Shown here piece after piece: positions 36,495 through 49,988 of a stretch of 64,000 nucleotides of DNA. Source of the stretch: Octopus bimaculoides (taxonomy: Eukaryota); assembly GCF_001194135.2 (NCBI RefSeq), contig NC_068984.1, positions 68,337,742 to 68,401,741 on the forward strand, given 5' to 3'. The stretch's first letter is position 1. Every line of letters begins with the position of its first letter. Both the position numbers and the translations under genes were made by a program. The notes beneath the pieces were generated by a model, which did no database searches, was not told where the DNA came from, and saw only the letters and a list, made by a program, of their open reading frames with translations.

Positions 36495-37591
36495 CATCAG
36501 CATGGCCGCAGCTCTAAGCTGAAACTATAAACAACAACATAAACAACATATGTGGGGACCCCAGGATGCTGAGCATAGACCACTACAGTGCTACAAATCA
36601 TATGAAAATCTCATTCATGGAAATCTTATTGTTTTCAGCCCTTGACTATGGGTAGGGTCTTTGAGAGCAGGTATCTTTTTTGTTATGTTGTACCCACAAA
36701 GGAAAGGTACGGGTATCAATATTTTGTTTTTATTGGATATTTTTATGAGCAATAGAACATAATGTTAAAGATTAAAAGATTAATCATTGATACACTGCAT
36801 TTTATGTTTTCATGATTGAGTAGAAATGTATCTGCACTTAAGCTTTGAAAGGTTGTATCCCACCAAGTTGAGATGTTCTAATGAAAGTTTCTGAAGGTGT
36901 ATCCTATGTTCTGATTGTCAAATGCAGAAAGATTCTTGTTCAAAGTGTAGAACTTGGAATCAAATATCAAAAGACCTTGGGTAAACATGAATGCAACCAC
37001 TCTTGTGTAGGTTATTAGCTCTTTTGATACCACTTGAAACTGCCTCTAGTTCTATCATATAAAGACTGTAATTTATGCTCAAATTCAAATTAAAACTATC
37101 ATTTTATATTCTTTTTGTTAGGTTCCAAATATCAACTGAATAATGCAAAAGATTTATATTACTAAATCTCTTCAAATTATTAATCATTTTAAAAATTAAC
37201 TAGAAGTCATTTGGCAGAGATATGGTTATGAATGGGTTAAAGAATTAACAAAAAGTTTGAAGTTTGCAGTCTTCTTACACCTGGTGCAAAATGCTTAAAT
37301 AGTCAACAAGGGGAGCTCCATATAGTCAGTCAGACTTGCTAGGAATACCAGCAAAATTCCTGCAAATCATACTCTTATCTTAATAAAAAGATGACTACAT
37401 TGAGTAATGCTGTAGTAAACACTTGGGAATTGAAAAAAATTTGGTGTGATGGTCAGGGTCAAAATGTATACCATACATACATACAAAATGCCCTTCAAAT
37501 AGAAATCCCTACTATCTGATAATACAAGTAAGGAAATGTAAGCCTCAAGAAATGATATGTATGTGTGTATACATATGCATACAAACATCCA

Positions 37592-37659
<68 letters not shown>

Positions 37660-37663
<4 letters not shown>

Positions 37664-38420
37664 GGGTACCCAAAAGAAATGGGAATTTTGCAATATAATT
37701 TTCATTCATTTAACTTTACATGTTTACACTTTTATCGCCTTCAAAGTATTCTCCATTTGAAGCAGTACTTTGGTCCAGACATGTTTTCTACTGTCTGAAG
37801 CAGTCTTGGAACTCCTGCAAAGAGATGCCTTTCAAAACCTGCGTTGTTTTTTTCTTCACTTCTTCCACATCTGCAAAACGTTTTCCTTTAAGAACTTTTT
37901 TCATGCAGGGATACAAAAAAAAAAGTTGCAGGGAGCAAGATTGGGTGAATAGGTAGTGGCGGGGGGTAAGCAGGGTCATGCCATTTTTGGTTAAAAACTG
38001 TTTCACACTCAAAGAAGTGTGCACAGACGCATTGTTGTGATGAAACCACCACTCTCTACTTTGTCACAGATCATGGAGGTTTCATCTCACCACATCTCAC
38101 AAATGCTTCAGAACAGCCAAAATATCTGGTTAACAGTTTAACCAGGAGAAAAAAAGTATGTGTGGACAATTCCTTTCACATCAATGAAATAAACCAGCAT
38201 CATCTTGATATTGGATTTCACTTGATGTGCTTTTGGGGACATGGTAATATTGAATGCTTCCATTGACTTGATTGCTGCTGTGTTTCCAAGTTGTAGCCAG
38301 GTTGTAGCCATAGCACCAGCTTTCATCACCAGTGATGACCTTCGAGAAGAGATCTGGATCATCTTTCAAGTATTCTTTCGGTTAATAATATGCTTTTAGT
38401 CATGACTGCTTTTGATCTTC
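37660..38420 (-). mobile_element. Mariner transposase 3' fragment with right TIR inserted in (TA)n
   Basis: DPDLFSKVITGDESWCYGY, KSNIKMMLVYFIDVKGIVH, LHHNNA..HT, YSPNLAPCNF (frameshift-corrected), MKKVLKGKRFADVEEVK; TIR gaggggtacccaaaa at 37661. Confidence 0.9.
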
Positions 38421-38640
38421 TGTGAGCAAGCAAGGCACAAGCCCAGCAATTTTAGTGGGCAAAGTCAATTACATCAACCCCACTACTTGACTGCTATTTA
38501 TTTTATTGACCCTGTAAGCATGAAAGGGCAGAATTTGAACTCCGTATGCAATGGGCAGAATTTGAACTCCGTATGCAATGGGCAGAATTTGAACTCAGTA
38601 TGCAATGAGTTGGAAGAAATGCCACTAAGCATTTTGTATG
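38400..38640 (-). mobile_element. SINE family B copy with internal 3 x 27-bp tandem repeat
   Basis: gggcagaatttgaactccgtatgcaat at 38526, 38553 and 38580. Confidence 0.85.
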
Positions 38641-38984
38641 ATGGATTAACTCTTTATTAATGGTAAGACAGAATAGTCTACCTCTGTATAATACTTCTCT
38701 CTTCATCTTAATTTTATCAAACACGAGTATTTGTCCGCCCTCTTTTCAATGCACACTGTACATCTTAGTTAACATTCACATATCATCAACAATCTCCTAT
38801 TTTATCATTAGAAAAGCTTTCATGGAGCCCCTACTGTGTAAAGAAAATACGTTTAAATGCAGGTTAACCTAATTAATGTAAGTGAACCAAAAAGTAGTCT
38901 TTAATTAATTGAAATTAGCTTAGCATTTGTGGTAATTCTCATGAAGAGACAACTCAAAAAATTTGATTGATTAAAAATAAATGA

Positions 38985-39396
38985 ACACAAGTGCAGACAT
39001 GGCTGCGAAGTAAGTTTGCTTTCCAACCACTTGATTCCAGGTTCAATCCCATTGCATGGCACCTTGGGCAAATGTCTTCTACTATAACCTCAGGCTGACC
39101 AAAGACTTTTGAGTGGATTTGGTAAACAGNNNNNNNNNNNNNNNNNNNNNNNNNNNNNNNNNNNNNNNNNNNNNNNGTATTTTGTCTGCCGCTATGTTCT
39201 GAGTTCAAATTCCGCCGAGGTCGACTTTGCCTTTCATCCTTTCGGGGTCGATAAATTAAGTACCAGTTACGCACTGGGGTCGATGTAATCGACTTAACCC
39301 CTTTGTCTGTCCTTGTTTGTCCCATCTATGTTTAGCCCTTTGTGGGGAATAAAGAAATAAGAAACTGAAAGACACCTGTATGATATAAATGTGTGT

Positions 39397-39432
<36 letters not shown>

Positions 39433-39600
39433 ACGTCCCTGTAACTTGGCAGTTCAATAAAAGAGAACTGCTAGAATAAGAACCAGCTTAAAAAAATAAG
39501 TACAGGGGTTGATTCATTCAACTAATTTTCTTTAAGATGGCGCCCAGCATGGCCGCAGTCAAATGACTGAAACAAGTGAATGATTAAAAGATAAAAGACA
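38985..39600 (+). mobile_element. SINE family A with a nested SINE family B (39175-39360, AATAAAGAAAT-type tail)
   Basis: Family A head 38985-39130, gap, family B body, family A resumes gaaactgaaagacacc at 39361 through to its tail. Confidence 0.85.
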
Positions 39601-39849
39601 AATAATATGGAGATAGGTGTGAGCTTTGGTTAATACAATGATAATTTTTCAGTCTTGTTAGTCCTCTCAGCCAAGTATAGCCTTACATGTGTTTACCAGA
39701 CATTTAGTGGATATAGCTTTAATGTGAAAATAATTCAAAATGATTAGATAATTCAAAACAATGATATAAGTAAGTTTCCCAAGGAAGTTTCTTGAATGAA
39801 AATATGTAGATTAAGTGCAGGAGAGAAACGAGTCAATCTTTTCTACTAA

Positions 39850-40680
39850 AAGTATGAGGCCTGAAATTTTGGGGGAGGGGGCTAGCCAATTGCATCAACC
39901 CCAGTGATTCACAGGTACTTAATTTATCGACCCTGAAAAGATAAAAGGCAAAGTCGACCTTGGCAGAATTTGAACTCAGAACGTAATGCCAGAAGAAATG
40001 CTGCAAAGCATTTTGCCTGGCCTGCTAACAATTCTGCCAGCTCACCACCTTATTAGCTATCATGGGTATCAACTTCAAACATGTTTCATTTATCCTTTAG
40101 GCAATCTCCTCAATGAAACATAATCAGCATATGGATTACTAAAATCACAGAATTAATTAAGGACAATACACTTTTAGTGAGAATTATACTCTGATTAGGA
40201 AATTTGAAATAATGTTTTTTTTTATTTAGGTACAAGGCTAACAATTTCTAATGGTTGGAGTGGATTGATACCATCGACCCCTGTACTTGAGTAGTACATT
40301 TATTTAATTAAATATGGAAGAATGAAAGCAAAGTAACAAGATAGACCTTGGTAGGATTTGAACTCAGAACATAGAGAATCAAAAGAAATAGTGAAAGGCA
40401 ATTTTTTCTTCAATGCTCAAGTGATTCCACCATTCCACCACTTTGTAGAGAAGTTAAAAATAATGGTTTCAAATTTTGTTACAAGGGCAGCAATTTTGGA
40501 GGAGGGCTTGGGTTAATTACATCGACCCCAGTGTTCAACAGGTACTTATGTTATCCACCCCGAAAATATGAAAGGTAAAGTCGACCTCAGCGGAAATTGA
40601 ACTCAGAATGTAGTGATGGTCAAAATACCACTTAAGCATTTTGTCCGGTGCACTAACGATTCTGCCAGCTCGCCGCCTTG
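39850..40680 (-). mobile_element. Three co-oriented SINE family B copies (about 39850-40050, 40235-40445, 40465-40680)
   Basis: Each has gtcgacct/gatagacct...atttgaactcagaa and the ccagctcnccncctt head. Confidence 0.85.
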
Positions 40681-41164
40681 GGGAACTTAAAATAATGACC
40701 ACAGAATATTTCCCCAAAGATATCTGTTGAATGAAAGACATACATTTATGTACCAGTTGGCTTCTATTCATATTTAACCATAAAACAAAAATCACCTATT
40801 TTAACACTCTGTTAGGTTAGTATTTCCTATAATAAGAGTGCCAGGTTTTCCTGGTGGGGCTCACAGGGGATGAAACAAAGCTGGACAAATTGCTGTGCTT
40901 AAGAAAATCAATATAGTGTTTATGAATTTTTAAATTTGTCTGAACCCATGGGAAAGATTATGGATACAAACTCTATTTTGTCTATTCATTATTAAAGACT
41001 GGAAATCCCAAAATTTCATTTATATTTTTCTTTTCTTTTTTCCTTTTGAGGGTTACAGCTTGGTATTTTTTTTTTTTTTTTTGTGGATCCCTGCAGTAGA
41101 GGACATCTATTTTACAATTCTTTCAACATCAATACTATTCCCTTCTAACACTGTATGCACACAC

Positions 41165-41610
41165 ACATCATCATCATCATCATCATTTAATGTCCTTTTT
41201 CTATGCTGGCATGTGATGACTGGCTCGATTGAAGCTACAAGGCCAGGAGTCACATTAGGTTCCAATAGTCTGTCTTGGTTTAGTTTCTACGGCTGGATAC
41301 TCTTCTTAATGCCAACCACTTTACAGAGTTTACTGGGTGTTTTTTACATGGCACCATTACCAATGCTTATTATGTGGCACCCTCACCAGTGCTTTTTATG
41401 TGGCACCTTGCTTTTAGGATATCAATTCTGTTGTGGTGGGCAGGTCTTCTTGATTACAGCAATGCACCACATATCTCGGTCATTTGTCATCTTCTTCATA
41501 AGGATCAGCATTTTGAGATCAGTCTTCAGTACTTTGTCCCATGTCTCCTTAGATCTCCGTCTTCCACACTTTCCATCCAATTGAAGTGATTGACACTTCT
41601 TTATGTTGTT
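41165..41610 (-). mobile_element. RTE LINE 3' end
   Basis: (CAT)n tail, ctggatactcttcttaatgccaaccact, and ORF end IKKCQSLQLDGKCGRRRSKETWDKVLKTD. Confidence 0.8.
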
Positions 41611-42115
41611 TTAAATTCCTTAAACTTTAGGTAAAGCATGAAAGATCTCCATTCGTCTTAATTTCTAACAATGGATTGTAGTTTCCCTCAAGTGCAACCC
41701 CATGCAAGTACATCAGTTTCTGTGGACCTTTACCATGTGAAGCCCTCTGATGGACATCCCATATGAGACAGAAGCAAAGCAGACCAAAAGCACTGTATGG
41801 GGTGACCTAAAGAAAAGTGTTTAACCATTAAAAATATATTTTAGCCATAAATAGGTGACCTTCACCTATATTAAGCTATGAGATCTATTTGATGATGATG
41901 GTAGTCTTTCATAGTCTGAGAAAGATGGTTCTGCAATTTCTTGATAAACAACCTGCACAAATGATTCGTTTATAGGGACCAAATGTTTGTGCTGTGCTGT
42001 GCTTGTGCTCACTCCCAGCATCAAATTGACATTGTTTGATCAGGTCTATGGTGCACCACAAAGGCGTTGATATGATAAAATAAGTACCAGTTGAACCCTG
42101 GACTCAATGTAACCA

Positions 42116-43185
42116 ACTTAACACTTCACATGAAATTGCCAGCCTTGTGCCAAAATTTCAAAACAATATTTTGACCTTCACCAAGTCTTACATTCTTCCT
42201 TCTTAGCACTGTTTTGTTTGCTCAAGAATGTCAGGAATTGAAACAACAATTTCACAGTCATGAGTGCAACACCCTAACCACTCAGCCATGTTCCCTCAAT
42301 GCATTACTAAGTAACACCCATCAATAATTTAACCTTCAAAGGTGGTGAGCTTGCAGAATCGTTAACACGCCGGACAAAATGCTTAGTGGCATTTTGTCTG
42401 TCTTTACTCTCTGATTTCTAATTCTGCTGAGGTAAATTTCTCCTATCACCCTTTCAAGGTCGATAAAATAATTACCGGTTGAACCCTGGGTTCAATGTAA
42501 TCAACTTAACACTTTNNNNNNNNNNNNNNNNNNNNNNNNNNNNNNNNNNNNNNNNNNNNNNNNNNNNNNNNNNNNNNNNNNNNNNNNNNNNNNNNNNNNN
42601 NNNNNNNNNNNNNNNNNNNNNNNNNNNNNNNNNNNNNNNNNNNNNNNNNNNNNNNNNNNNNNNNNNNNNNNNNNNNNNNNNNNNNNNNNNNNNNNNNNNC
42701 CAACTTAACACTTCACATGAAATTGCCAGCCTTGTGCCAAAATTTCAAAACAATATTTTGACCTTCACCAAGTCTTACATTCTTCCTTCTTAGCACTGTT
42801 TTGTTTGCTCAAGAATGTCAGGAATTGAAACAACAATTTCACAGTCATGAGTGCAACACCCTAACCACTCAGCCATGTTCCCTCAATGCATTACTAAGTA
42901 ACACCCATCAATAATTTAACCTTCAAAGGTGGTGAGCTTGCAGAATCGTTAACACGCCGGACAAAATGCTTAGTGGCATTTTGTCTGTCTTTACTCTCTG
43001 ATTTCTAATTCTGCTGAGGTAAATTTCTCCTATCACCCTTTCAAGGTCGATAAAATAATTACCGGTTGAACCCTGGGTTCAATGTAATCAACTTAACACT
43101 TTACATGAAATTGCCAGCCTTGTGCCAAAATTTCAAAACAATGATTTAACCTTCACCAAGTCTTACATTCTTCCTTCTTAGCACC
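42116..43185 (+). repeat. About 390-bp tandem unit containing SINE family B, duplicated across an N gap plus a partial third copy
   Basis: caacttaacactt.acatgaaattgccagccttgtgcc at about 42116, 42700 and 43090; the gap-flanking copy is probably an assembly overlap. Confidence 0.7.
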
Positions 43186-43399
43186 GTATTAATTGATCAT
43201 TACCTACTCTTAACAGTCACAATATTAACACTCAGCTTTGAGACATAGAACAATTTCCTGTTTTAAGACAATGCTAGTTAGCAACCACACGTTGTTGATG
43301 GTTAGAATATTCTATTTCAACTTGACTTTGAGACACTCAATAATATTAAGTCATTCACCGTCTTCCGTTTAAACACTGTACTGGATGATCATCATGTAC

Positions 43400-43880
43400 C
43401 TTTTATATCTCTTACTTGTTTCATTGATTCAATTGTGGCCATGCTGGAGCACTGTCTTAAAGAGTTTCGATGAACAAATTGACATCAGTACTTTTCTGAG
43501 TTCTTTTTTTTTAAAGCCTGGCACTTATTCTATTGGTCTCTTGTTGCCAAACTGCTAAGTTACAGAGATATAAACAAACCAACACCAGTTATCAAACAGT
43601 GGTGGGGGACAAACACAACATGTGTGCATGCATGCACACACACCCACACACAAACACACACATGTACACACACTCACGCACATGCATTTACACACACAAA
43701 CACAATGTTTTTTTTTTTCACTTTTCATCTACTGAATACACTCACAAGGCTTTGGTTGCCTGAGCTACAATTGTAAACACTTGTTATTCAAGGTGCCACA
43801 CACATTGGGTCTGAACCCAAGACCACATGGTTGGGAAGCAAGCTTCTTAACCACACAACCTGCATCTATACAAAGCCATG
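43400..43880 (-). mobile_element. SINE family A copy
   Basis: Tail ttacttgtttcattgattcaattgtggccatgctggagcac through head ttgggaagcaagcttcttaaccacacaacc. Confidence 0.85.
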
Positions 43881-44177
43881 CCTGAACCTATGTATGTTTA
43901 AATTTCAACTATTTTCTATTTTACTGCATTTTCCACTGACACCACAAAATATTTAATTCATAAATCTATTTTAACATCATAAAAGTTTACTTTCATTGTT
44001 ATTAACCATCAGTTATCTTCTCAGTATCATTTACCTGTAATTAACTATCAAGTGTCCTACTTGCTGACACTCAATGACAAAAAAACAAAAGCTCTGGATT
44101 TTAGCCTATTCCAGTTTTTAACCCACATCTACCTATAAATTCCTTACGTATCCCTAGACACTTATAATTCACATATA

Positions 44178-44589
44178 TGAGGAGGTACCCAAAACTAACT
44201 GGAAATGCTCTCTGTGGGACAAGCCCTTTGTAGTTCAGACTTCTGCTGCTAGAAGCCCCTTGATGCAACCCTCAGATATCAGTTTGCCAACTGGCAGCTG
44301 AAAGAACAGTTGGAAGTTGATCCAGACCATTTTTCGAAGGTCATCACTGGTGACAAAAGCTGGTGCTATGGAATTTGCAGATAAAGAAAAGATGAAGAAA
44401 AAAATAATGGAGGAGTTAAAAGGCATCACTTCGCAAGGGTTCCAGCATTAAACTGAGGAGAACACATCTGGACAGATACATTGCTTTAAGTGGAGAATAC
44501 TTTGAAGGCAGTAAAAGGGTAAGCATGTAAAACTAAGTGAATAAAATGATTTTGCAAAATTCTGGGTTTTTTTGCGAGGTACCGCCTCA
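44178..44589 (+). mobile_element. Internally deleted mariner (412 bp) with both TIRs and TA TSD
   Basis: TA-tgaggaggtacccaaaa ... gaggtaccgcctca-TA; retains transposase patches KVITGDKSWCYG, FADKEKMKKKIMEELKGI and YIALSGEYFEG; TIR similar to that at 37661. Confidence 0.85.
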
Positions 44590-44924
44590 TATGTATATTT
44601 AGCCTACTCCTAATTTGCTCTCTCACTACAACCATTTCTTTTGTTTCCACTGGCTTCTTTAGGTTTAGTCTTTATCAAAATAAATTTAATGTTCATTCAC
44701 ATGTACTCGTGTTTTCATTGTATTTTGTTTGGTAAAACCTTTATTGGATTTTCATGCCACACAAAGCACACTTTACATTCATTTTCATAATCACTTTTTC
44801 TGATAAAATTTTGTTCAAAATTTCATTTGCCAATACTTCAGTTTTTCTCTCACTCAATTAAAATAAAACCCCATCAGAATCATTTAATATTATTCTGCTT
44901 AGAATTCTATTGAGACACGAAGGC

Positions 44925-45220
44925 TCGTGGTTGAGTGGTTAGGAGTATTTCGCTCATGGTTGTAACATCATGAGTTTGTTTCCTGGCAGAGCATTGTATC
45001 CTTGATCAAGACACTTAATTTATTTCACGTTGCTCCACTTCACTCAGTTGTCAAAAATGAGTTACACCTGTAATTCAAAAGGCCAGCCTTGTTACATTCT
45101 GTGTCACACTGAATCTCCCTGAGAACTATGTTAAGAGCATGCATGTCTGTGGAGTGCTCAGCCACTTGCATATTAATTTCAATAGCAGGTTGTTCTGTTG
45201 ATCAGATTTACCAGAAGCCT
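44925..45220 (+). mobile_element. tRNA-derived SINE family D (family C-like head and core, different tail)
   Basis: caagacacttaatttatttcacgttgctccacttcactcag then cctgtaattcaaaaggccagccttg...ctgtggagtgctcagccacttgca; tail recurs at 63655-64000 on minus strand. Confidence 0.8.
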
Positions 45221-46862
45221 TGTGTAAGTCTATTAAGAATTCTCTCTCTCTCTCACCAACATTCTTCTAGATATTTACCAATGTTCTCTCATGAGTTCAT
45301 TTTCTCTTTTTATTTAACTCTTTAGCATTCACTTTATTCTGTCACAAGTAATGCTTATTCATTCAATTTGTTATGAATTTATCATGCATTATCTTATAGC
45401 TTTGAGATTTTGATGAGGCAACAGATAATTTTTTAGAATGACATTGTAGGGTAGACTTGAGAAACCAGATCTGGCCCGTTCAAACATAAAACAACTAGAA
45501 TATTTTGGTTGGATATGGCCAGTTTAAAAGATAAAGGGTTAAATCCCATCTTTCCCTCTCATTCTTTATTTTTCCCTATGCACCTCTCTCACTCTCTCTT
45601 TCACTCTCTCTAATATTCTTCTTGTAATCTTTTGGGATCAATTCATACCTCTACTTCCTTCCTTTAATTCAGTCTTTTTTCTATTTAAACCCCTTTATTT
45701 CATTTTAGAGTTCATTGTTTTATCAACCATGCTTTTCTCTACATTTCTCCTATTTTATCCACCTCAGAGTCTTTTATCATTCATATGACCGATCAAACTG
45801 ATTATGTAAACAGAATTCTGAATGGTAGAAAGTGTCTTCTTGTCTCAAGCTCTGATTTTCTGCCTATTCTTGTCGGAACCATTGATATGGAGTATCGAAA
45901 TTTTAATCCCTTTCACACTTATAAAATGTCAAGCAAACTTAAAAATTCGTCATTACCGTATTAGCCAGGAGACCAAACTGATAGTTTGGTAACCCACTAA
46001 AATAAACATTAAATATCGAAAGGAGAAAATAAACAGCTTTGCTTTGCATGTTTAACTCAGTGTTTATTGAACAAGAGAGGTGTGAAATTTAAGAAGTGAC
46101 TTGTTAGAATATACACGTCTGTGAGGAGACATAAACAAGAATAGCAAATATCTACAATGCCAAAAGTACTGGTAATACATACATTATAAGTGTTCTATAA
46201 AGAGAACATAAGATTGCTGCATAATCCAACATGAAAGTGAAATGGCATTAAACATTGTAAAAGGTAAATGAAGGTTTCTCTGGGAATGCTAAGTCATATT
46301 CACTTAATGAGTTTACATGCACAAGGATAAATTATGATGTCATCAGCGATGTCAGCGGTGATGAATTTCATTGTCCCAATGCAGCGCAAGCGAGCAATAG
46401 CTTCCTGGAGGCAAACACAAGCTAGATTTCTTAAGCGGAGAAAAGCTGATCTATTTAAGGAAATTGCTGGGCTCCATTGCGATAGGTAGACACTCCAAGC
46501 AATGTAAAATATGGCCTGGACTGTGAATACTAGCATGAGCATCAAACTTCAAAAAATAGTTACCCATTTAATGGTTTTAGTAAATTTATACAGAAAATGT
46601 AAGCATTATACTGTCCAGCATAAATAAAAGTCAATTTCATTATATGTTTTTTCAGTAAAAAGCTATTCTGACATTAAATGAGTCAAATTACTGTATGAAT
46701 GTTTACATTTGTATGTCTTTTTTCATCCCAAAAAATTTCTGAAACAATTCTAGAAATGATCTACTCATGTAATTAATGCACCCACTAAAATATATTTTTG
46801 TTTTTGAGACAAAAAGCGAGTAAACTACATGGTTTTTTATGGTATATATATATATATATATA

Positions 46863-46929
<67 letters not shown>

Positions 46930-47240
46930 CTTGTCTTGACATTGCTCTTTGAATCTTCCATGGAGTACATCTCTCCATTGTACTGTTTGTGTTTGAAGAA
47001 CTAAAGAAAATATTACTTTAGTTCAGAATAGATGATGTTTGGTGACAGTAAAAGTGTCTGTCTGTAAAAAAGAAAAAAAACTGATTCAGCAAATTTTGTC
47101 TGACGCATGCAAGTTACAAAATGTGGATGATACAACACTGATGATGAAGATAATAAAGATGATAGTGTATGTGTTTGCATATGCATATATATGCGCCTGT
47201 ATGTATGTGTGTGTTTATGTACATATATATGTAAAAATAC

Positions 47241-47279
<39 letters not shown>

Positions 47280-47282
47280 CAC

Positions 47283-47316
<34 letters not shown>

Positions 47317-47991
47317 ATATATATACATATANNNNNNNNNNNNNNNNNNNNNNNNNNNNNNNNNNNNNNNNNNNNNNNNNNNNNNNNNNNNNNNNNNNNN
47401 NNNNNNNNNNNNNNNNNNNNNNNNNNNNNNNNNNNNNNNNNNNNNNNNNNNNNNNNNNNNNNNNNNNNNNNNNNNNNNNNNNNNNNNNNNNNNNNNNNNN
47501 NNNNNNNNNNNNNNNNNNNNNNNNNNNNNNNNNNNNNNNNNNNNNNNNNNNNNNNNNNNNNNNNNNNNNNNNNNNNNNNNNNNNNNNNNNNNNNNNNNNN
47601 NNNNNNNNNNNNNNNNNNNNNNNNNNNNNNNNNNNNNNNNNNNNNNNNNNNNNNNNNNNNNNNNNNNNNNNNNNNNNNNNNNNNNNNNNNNNNNNNNNNN
47701 NNNNNNNNNNNNNNNNNNNNNNNNNNNNNNNNNNNNNNNNNNNNNNNNNNNNNNNNNNNNNNNNNNNNNNNNNNNNNNNNNNNNNNNNNNNNNNNNNNNN
47801 NNNNNNNNNNNNNNNNNNNNNNNNNNNNNNNNNNNNNNNNNNNNNNNNNNNNNNNNNNNNNNNNNNNNNNNNNNNNNNNNNNNNNNNNNNNNNNNNNNNN
47901 NNNNNNNNNNNNNNNNNNNNNNNNNNNNNNNNNNNNNNNNNNNNNNNNNNNNNNNNNNNNNNNNNNNNNNNNNNNNNNNNNNNNNNNNNNN

Positions 47992-48032
<41 letters not shown>

Positions 48033-48039
48033 ATATGTT

Positions 48040-48445
48040 TGTGTGTCTGTGTTTGTCCCCCCAACCATCACTTGACAACCGATGCTGGTGTGTTTATGTC
48101 CCGTAACTTAGCAGTTTGGCCAAAGGGATTGATAGAATAAGTACTAGGCTTACACAGAATAAGTCCTGGGGTCGTTTTGTTTGACTAAAGGCAGTGCTCC
48201 AGCATGGCCGCAATCAAATGACTGAAATGAATAAAAGAATATATATATAGCTGTGTTGTGTGTATATATATATATATGCATATATATATTATGTTTATAA
48301 ATTATATATGACATGTAACAATATATATTTCATATTTATGCACAAGTGCCGGTGTGGCTATGTCGTGAGAAGTTTGCTTCCCACTCGTATGGTTCTGGAC
48401 TCAGTCTCATTACATGGCACCTTGGGCAAATGTCTGCTACTGTAG
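48040..48445 (+). mobile_element. SINE family A tail (48040-48240) and a separate family A head (48345-48445)
   Basis: Family A motifs as above. Confidence 0.8.
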
Positions 48446-48451
48446 CCTTGG

Positions 48452-48935
48452 GCTGGATGCCCTTCCTAACTACTCTGAATGTGTAATGGGTGTTCTTACG
48501 TGCCACTGGCATGGGTGCCATTTGTGTGACACTGGTATTTACCATGACTGCAATTTTGCTCAGCTTGATGAGTCTTCTTCTCAAGCACAACATAATGCCA
48601 AAGGTTCTGGTCATAGCCTCCACGAGGCCCAACATTCGAAAGGAACTCAGCCACTTTGTCTCTGTCAGGCCCAATGTTCAGAGGTTGATATTTTATGGGC
48701 CATCAGCATGATTGCACTTGGCCAAAGGTGTCGGTCACTAGTCATTGCCTCTGTTTGAAGATTATGCTTATCTCATGTCTTCCTGGATCTACCTCTACCA
48801 CTTGCCCCTTCCACAATTAGAAATCGGCACTTCTTTACACAACTGTCTGCATCTATATGCATCATATGACCATACCAGTGCAGTTGTCTCTCTTGCACAC
48901 TACATCTGATTCTTCTTAAGCCTAACTTTCCTCTC
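48452..48935 (-). mobile_element. RTE LINE 3' fragment
   Basis: MRGKLGLRRIRCSVQERQLHWYGHMMHIDADSCVKKCRFLIVEGASGRGRSRKT and 3' UTR aggaagggcatccag. Confidence 0.9.
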
Positions 48936-49608
48936 ATGCACATATATGCATACATATATACACACACACATGCACACACATATATACATACCTATATATA
49001 TATATATGCATATACATATTTACTTATATATATATATNNNNNNNNNNNNNNNNNNNNNNNNNNNNNNNNNNNNNNNNNNNNNNNNNNNNNNNNNNNNNNN
49101 NNNNNNNNNNNNNNNNNNNNNNNNNNNNNNNNNNNNNNNNNNNNNNNNNNNNNNNNNNNNNNNNNNNNNNNNNNNNNNNNNNNNNNNNNNNNNNNNNNNN
49201 NNNNNNNNNNNNNNNNNNNNNNNNNNNNNNNNNNNNNNNNNNNNNNNNNNNNNNNNNNNNNNNNNNNNNNNNNNNNNNNNNNNNNNNNNNNNNNNNNNNN
49301 NNNNNNNNNNNNNNNNNNNNNNNNNNNNNNNNNNNNNNNNNNNNNNNNNNNNNNNNNNNNNNNNNNNNNNNNNNNNNNNNNNNNNNNNNNNNNNNNNNNN
49401 NNNNNNNNNNNNNNNNNNNNNNNNNNNNNNNNNNNNNNNNNNNNNNNNNNNNNNNNNNNNNNNNNNNNNNNNNNNNNNNNNNNNNNNNNNNNNNNNNNNN
49501 NNNNNNNNNNNNNNNNNNNNNNNNNNNNNNNNNNNNNNNNNNNNNNNNNNNNNNNNNNNNNNNNATATATATATAGAGAGAGAGAGAGAGTGAGAGAGAG
49601 AGAGATAG

Positions 49609-49651
<43 letters not shown>

Positions 49652-49949
49652 CAGATAGATAGATAGATAGATATAGATATATATAGATTGATATACAAGA
49701 CATACATAGTTTTATGCGTGCGTGTGTGTTTGGGTAATATCTATTTCTAAATCTATTTTTACATTTTCAGTGCTTAAAAAAGAGTGATGTTGCATTTGTG
49801 CCCTTTGACATAGTAGTATAATAAATATAAATCAATCCACTAAATACTTGACTTAAAAATAATTTACTGGGTGTGATATGAAGAACTAAAATCCTTCGAG
49901 GCTGTACCACTGCATATTGGTATTTCAATAACTGAGTCAAAGAGTAAAG

Positions 49950-49988
<39 letters not shown>

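Noticed and set aside
38526-38606. Short direct repeats as a CRISPR-like array
   Set aside because: Contiguous 27-bp tandem units without spacers, inside a eukaryotic SINE
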